Shown here: piece by piece, positions 59,545-64,000 of the stretch
Layout of the letters: the number at the start of each line of letters is the position of its first letter
How positions within the stretch are numbered: the stretch's first letter is position 1
Assembly: GCA_003614675.1 (NCBI GenBank)
Contig: ML002224.1
Location: 1-64,000 of the forward strand
DNA: 64,000 bases
DNA from: Dimargaris cristalligena
Taxonomy: Eukaryota
Reading direction: 5' to 3'
The notes under the pieces: model-generated
Databases searched by the model: none
Seen by the model: the letters and a program-made list of their open reading frames with translations, nothing else
Told to the model about the DNA's origin: nothing
Program-made: the position numbers and the translations under genes

Positions 59545-59680
59545 GGGAGAAGTTCATCCAAGCTGTATAACGAAAAATCCATTAAATTCGGCCAATATTA
59601 CTAGTTAAAAATACATTCCCCATGTATTTTCCCATACACGTATAATGCAAACCCTTATATAGCTGGGCCGAATTTCACCC
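59545..59680 (-). mobile_element. MITE copy, full length, reverse orientation, ACAT target duplication
   Basis: acat|gggagaagttcatccaagctgtataa...ttatatagctgggccgaatttcaccc|acat. Confidence 0.88.
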
Positions 59681-59967
59681 ACATATTCTAGGCTAAACTG
59701 CATTAGAGTTTGCCACCCATCCACTTCTAATATAAACATTAATCCCCGGTCTTTTTGTTCCTCGTGCGATACTTTGTAAAAGAACACATCCTGTATTGAG
59801 CCACTCGATATTGGTTATTTCATTTTGAATAGTTTATTTTCATTCTACTATTTGATACATTTCCTACTACTCCTTCTTATTTATATTTTACTGCCCGAAT
59901 AGGTTTTTATATTTATATCTTATTTAATAACTTTACCGGCGCCTCTATCAGTGAAATCCCATACATA

Positions 59968-61257
59968 ATGCACCATCAAAAGGTGCTCGACCGTATCCTT
60001 AATGGGCTCACCTGCCCACCCATCAGCCTACCTGAGTTCCGCTATTACCTTACGCACCACGAGTGTAGCTTAGAAAATCTCAATTTCCACGAGTGGTATC
60101 GGAACTACACTTGCGCCTATCAGGCGCTTCCCCAGCATCAACAGGCGCTGATCCCATTGCCCCGCAATGATGTCATTCCGACTATGTCTGCCACTATGGT
60201 TCCCGGCTCCATTCATGTAACGGAGCCTAAATCATCTGTCGGTGACGAGATACTACCACCACCACCTTCCGGCAGCCTTCCCCCTCCCACTAACGATCTA
60301 CCCTTGCGGCAACAATGCCAGGAAGCGCTCGACCGGTTCATCCACCACGGCGCCCCGGATGAAATAAATATCACTCATCAAGTTCGCGTCGCCTTACTTG
60401 CCCAGGTCCACTATACGACCCACCCGGCGATATTCAATCCTGTTCTAGCCGAGGCCATGTCCCTGATGCGCAACTCCTCCCTCGACGGGTTTATGAAATG
60501 GGCCAGCCAGAACATCACCCCTCGTTCCCGGAAATGGCGCCTTCTGGGGGCCGCTCTGGTCGATGTGCTGGCCGTGGTGGCATTGGTGGTCTTGATCTGC
60601 CTGGATCTGCCCCGGGTGTACCGGTGGGCGCTTTTCCCGCCTATTCTATGGACGATTGGGGTGTATTGTACGAACACCCACCACGTTTGTTTAGTCCATT
60701 TGATCAGTAAACGGCGTGAATTGAGTTTGCTGCAGCCGAGTCGGCTAAATGGGTTGACAATGGGGGGACCTGATACATCTCGGCCGGTGCTGAACGACCC
60801 CTACGATGGCCAACTTTCCTCGGTTTCCCATTCGGGTGACGACCAGAAGAGTGCAGTAGCCGGGGGGAAGCCATCCCAGTCCGCCCATTCGCTGTCTATC
60901 CCCATGCTACTGACCTCTCCACTCAAGGGCTCAACCCCTACGCTCCGGTCTCTTTCGGCATCGATAATCGACCCCACAACCGGAACCGTTACTATGGATC
61001 AGGGTACTTCTATTTATACGAAGCAAAGTGCTTGTAAATCGGGAAGTATATGCCAATGGGAGGACGTTTACCCTACCGGGAATTCGTTTGACTCGCCGCT
61101 ATTCCAAACCACCGTGGTGCGAGGTGATCATTATTATCAGGTCCAAGAACCATCGGTGCTTCGGGCCCAGCGTATCATGGCCATCAAATACCTCGCTCAA
61201 ACCTTGGTTATAACGGCGGCCGTTTGGGTCTTCATTATGTTTCTACCGTTTTCTTGA
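59968..61257 (+). CDS. Fungal RGS-domain membrane protein (Rax1/RgsD-like)
   Basis: LDRILNGLTCPPISLPEFRYYL...SLENLNFHEWY, RFIHHGAPDEINI, HYTTHPAIF, NI, followed by two TM helices and a C-terminal TM helix. Confidence 0.85.
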   Translation: MHHQKVLDRILNGLTCPPISLPEFRYYLTHHECSLENLNFHEWYRNYTCAYQALPQHQQALIPLPRNDVIPTMSATMVPGSIHVTEPKSSVGDEILPPPPSGSLPPPTNDLPLRQQCQEALDRFIHHGAPDEINITHQVRVALLAQVHYTTHPAIFNPVLAEAMSLMRNSSLDGFMKWASQNITPRSRKWRLLGAALVDVLAVVALVVLICLDLPRVYRWALFPPILWTIGVYCTNTHHVCLVHLISKRRELSLLQPSRLNGLTMGGPDTSRPVLNDPYDGQLSSVSHSGDDQKSAVAGGKPSQSAHSLSIPMLLTSPLKGSTPTLRSLSASIIDPTTGTVTMDQGTSIYTKQSACKSGSICQWEDVYPTGNSFDSPLFQTTVVRGDHYYQVQEPSVLRAQRIMAIKYLAQTLVITAAVWVFIMFLPFS

Positions 61258-61465
61258 TTAAATAGGATCCCAAGTGAACTTTATCATTACTATGTTATCA
61301 CAATTTAATATTTTTACATACACACGCACATATATATATATATATTCTACAGCTACCATGGTCCTCATTTAATTTCCCCTGAATTGTACAGGGTACGTAA
61401 CGATTACAATACATTTCATAAAGTACCGTAAATAACCATTGGCTCCCATTATTTCGCAGGGTTCA

Positions 61466-62761
61466 TTAGGATAGGGTCTGTAGACCCAGAGTAGCCGGAG
61501 TGACACGGGCTTCGACCACCCCCGGTTCATGGAAGCTCATAATCTCACCATCAATGCACACTGTATGACGAGCGTTAGGGTTAGGGGAATGCGATGCCTG
61601 GAGTGGTCGTTGGGAGGAAGGTTGCATGGTCAAGCCGCGCACCTTATAGTACTCGACGTAGGGGAGTTGCACATGGGTACCTCCCCCCACGGTGGCCCCC
61701 TGCAAAAAGGCCCACAGTTGGGCCCGGGTTAAACCGCGGCCCATGACAACGTCCAGATAGGGGTCGGCCGGGGTAGCCAAGGGGGCGATACAGAAGCCGG
61801 CGCTTAGGGTGGCCTGTTTGGCGGCCAGAAAAATGGTGAACGGGCCATCGAGCTCTAATGTGTCCTGTCCGCGGTTTAAACGGTCGGTGGCCTGGGCCAG
61901 TGGGGTGGCGTCATTATTCTCGAGAGAGCGGAACTCCCCTTCAAAGGGTGAAGGTAATGTCGGAGGATTCGGCTCAGCAGTCGAGGATGAGGATAGGGGC
62001 GGGGTGGTAGTAGCAGTAGGAGAGGGATAAAATCGACGGGCCCCTTCTAATCGGACGGTACCATGATAATCCCGCAACGTCAGCAAATTCTTGAACCCGA
62101 TGATACTGAACCGGCTAGGGCCCAACCAGCGTAACCACTCGGAGTCGGCGACATTGCTGCAGTGGAATCCCCAACTAAGCACACAAAAGCTCTGCCGGAG
62201 GGTGTCCGGGGGCGGTGGGGGTACTCGAGTGCCGTCGAGGCTAACCGCATCTGCCGGGACTTTGGTTTCGATTAAATGGAATGGCTGTAAGCAGGGGTGG
62301 GTCTGTATGGTAGGATTGGTATAGCGGTGTATCGCCTGATCAACATCTGTAAAGCCCAGACTGGCGGCTAAAGCGTTACCTGACCCCAAGGGGACCACGC
62401 CCAGCCACACGGGCCCTGAAGCCTCCCTTTGGGCTTGGTGTACTCCGTTCACCACTTCATGGATGGTACCGTCCCCACCAAGGCATAGGATAAGCAGCGG
62501 GAAGGTAGTGTCGACCGGGTGAGAGCCAGAGCCACCCTGGCGGGTGGATAGGATCCAGTCATGGGCCAGTCGCTCGGCGTGGGCCTGGCCTTGGGTGGTT
62601 TCCACCAGGGCCGGGGTTTGACCGGGTCCGCCATTCGCGCCGTCGCCGTCGCCCGAGGAAGACCAGAACTCGGTCAGTTGAGCCGTCCATGTTTCCACAC
62701 GGGAACGGTCTTGTTGACCGGCCTTGGGGTTCACAATGATTAAAGTACGAAATGGCCGCAT
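61466..62761 (-). CDS. Diacylglycerol/sphingosine kinase catalytic-domain family protein
   Basis: IIVNPKAG, ETTQGQAHA, CLGGDGTIHEVVNG, LGVVPLGSGNALAASL, VADSEWLRWLGPSRF, CIDGE. First true ATG is at 62761 (the ORF track starts at TTG); an upstream exon is possible. Confidence 0.88.
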   Translation of the reverse strand: MRPFRTLIIVNPKAGQQDRSRVETWTAQLTEFWSSSGDGDGANGGPGQTPALVETTQGQAHAERLAHDWILSTRQGGSGSHPVDTTFPLLILCLGGDGTIHEVVNGVHQAQREASGPVWLGVVPLGSGNALAASLGFTDVDQAIHRYTNPTIQTHPCLQPFHLIETKVPADAVSLDGTRVPPPPPDTLRQSFCVLSWGFHCSNVADSEWLRWLGPSRFSIIGFKNLLTLRDYHGTVRLEGARRFYPSPTATTTPPLSSSSTAEPNPPTLPSPFEGEFRSLENNDATPLAQATDRLNRGQDTLELDGPFTIFLAAKQATLSAGFCIAPLATPADPYLDVVMGRGLTRAQLWAFLQGATVGGGTHVQLPYVEYYKVRGLTMQPSSQRPLQASHSPNPNARHTVCIDGEIMSFHEPGVVEARVTPATLGLQTLS

Positions 62762-63288
62762 GTTGGGCAACTATAAACAAACAATAATAAGAAATGAATA
62801 TAGAGGCTAAAGACCGAGGGAGGGCAAAATAGGAAGAAACAATCTAATTATTATGCCAAATAAAAGGTGAAAGAGAAGGAGGAGGGCAGCAGATGATTTA
62901 CAGAGTGTATCATGCTAAGGCGATCAATACTTATCATAGTCCAGAAGGGGATTATAGGCGCGGCGGACAGGTTATTTCGGAATGTAGGAATCCGATAAGC
63001 AGGATTGCTCCCTGGGTTTATTATGTCAGTATGGAGGCTTATCCGTGGCGCTATGTATATGAGGGTATCGTCAGCAACAGCACAATAGCCTTGGGTCGGT
63101 TCATTTCCTTGTGTTCCCTAATAATGGTGGTATTAGTCCCAGGCGGCAATCCTTCGTAATTGGACCCCGATGGCGTCAGCCCCCCCTCTGTTTCTTTGGT
63201 TTGGTCCTGTGGGAGGGGTCCTAAATAGGTCTACGTTCTCACACAGCCAAGCTGGGGACCTGATGATTAATTAGCCAGGTCACACCAC

Positions 63289-64000
63289 CTAGAACCAGAA
63301 ACTGATGCTGAAACTCGTGCTTAGGGAGCGAACATAGTGCCACCAGTAGGGCTGATTACCAGGTACATTATGGCGGTTCAAACACAGGCTGGTATTAGTA
63401 TACAAAGGCAGGGTTTTTGGCCTCGCTGGAGGGAAACAACCCCCATCGATTATTTTAATAATTTCTATCCAGTGGTTAGCGATATCTACAATTGCCCTTG
63501 TGTCACTTACCGGAATATACAATATTTGCCCGGGAACCAGAATGCATTCGTAGTAAGGGGTCGAGCGGAATTCGGGGAAACAGTCGTCGTCTATGTTATC
63601 CAAATCAACCTGGCTGGTGTTGGTCATGAGGCTATCCTCGGCGTTAAAAGGATATAACCGCCCTGACTGTGCGGGTGAATAGAGGCGGATATATTTGTAG
63701 CCTACCACTTGCGTTAGTAAATTATGGTACGGGTCATGGTGGAGCGGCGACACAGTACCCGCGGGGCCGAACCAGCTATTGAGCAGCGGTTCAGCAGGGG
63801 CGGGACATTCGGCTTCGTTACCATCATCATCCGGATCAGGTCCACAGTAGCAGTAATCAGGCACGGCTATATCCTGACGTAGGACCGGTACTTGGGCCAA
63901 TAGATCATGCTGGGCTAGGTAGCCAATGGCCGGTGGCGGGTCAGGCATATTTGGAAGTTGTCCTGCGGTCTCTCCGGAATCACCCTGGTCACTAGCGGCG
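63289..64000 (-). CDS. JmjC / cupin-like hydroxylase, JMJD5/KDM8-like; 5' part lies beyond the window
   Basis: GYLAQHDLLAQVPVLRQDIAVPDYC, NSWFGPAGTVSPLHHDPYHNLLTQVVGYKYIRLY, NTSQVD, LVPGQILYIP|PYWWHYVRSLSTSFSISFWF. Intron 63510-63352 (GTAAGT...CAG). Confidence 0.92.
   Translation of the reverse strand, partial: AASDQGDSGETAGQLPNMPDPPPAIGYLAQHDLLAQVPVLRQDIAVPDYCYCGPDPDDDGNEAECPAPAEPLLNSWFGPAGTVSPLHHDPYHNLLTQVVGYKYIRLYSPAQSGRLYPFNAEDSLMTNTSQVDLDNIDDDCFPEFRSTPYYECILVPGQILYIPVSDTRAIVDIANHWIEIIKIIDGGCFPPARPKTLPLYTNTSLCLNRHNVPGNQPYWWHYVRSLSTSFSISFWF

Noticed and set aside
61575..61586. TTAGGGTTAGGG telomere-like dimer
   Set aside because: Only two units, and they encode PNPN within the kinase CDS on the minus strand.
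2573..64000. Recoding signals: in-frame TGA/selenocysteine, TGA-CTA readthrough to a cryptic PTS1, U12-type introns
   Set aside because: All reconstructed genes are open under the standard code with ordinary GT-AG donors; the stop contexts I checked were not TGA-CTA, and no reconstructed intron has an RTATCCTT donor.

Overview
Gene-dense eukaryotic DNA with GT-AG introns of about 135-560 nt. The protein families and intron style suggest an early-diverging fungus, possibly Zoopagomycota/Dimargaris-like; this is inference, not a database match. I can support 18 protein-coding genes: SNF5, a LAT/MUP-type amino acid permease, NAA30/MAK3, a short pinin-domain gene, SFC1, CDC42, PDA1, an orphan secreted protein, a PTS1-bearing carnitine acyltransferase, two tandem stomatins, a PTS1-like Cys/Met PLP enzyme, PUF6, TIM21, a class I CPD photolyase, a RAX1-like RGS protein, a DAG/sphingosine-kinase family protein and a 5'-truncated JMJD5-like JmjC gene. 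Exon structures were reconstructed by hand. No tRNA, rRNA, CRISPR or autonomous transposase was found. The strongest unexplained structure is a ~140-bp miniature inverted-repeat element (GGG...CCC ends, copy-specific 4-bp A-N-N-T target duplications) present 7 times. Second is the CDC42 5' leader, which has a branchpoint-TAG|GTAAGT junction resembling a zero-length exon (recursive splice site). I found no clear multi-gene novel system.
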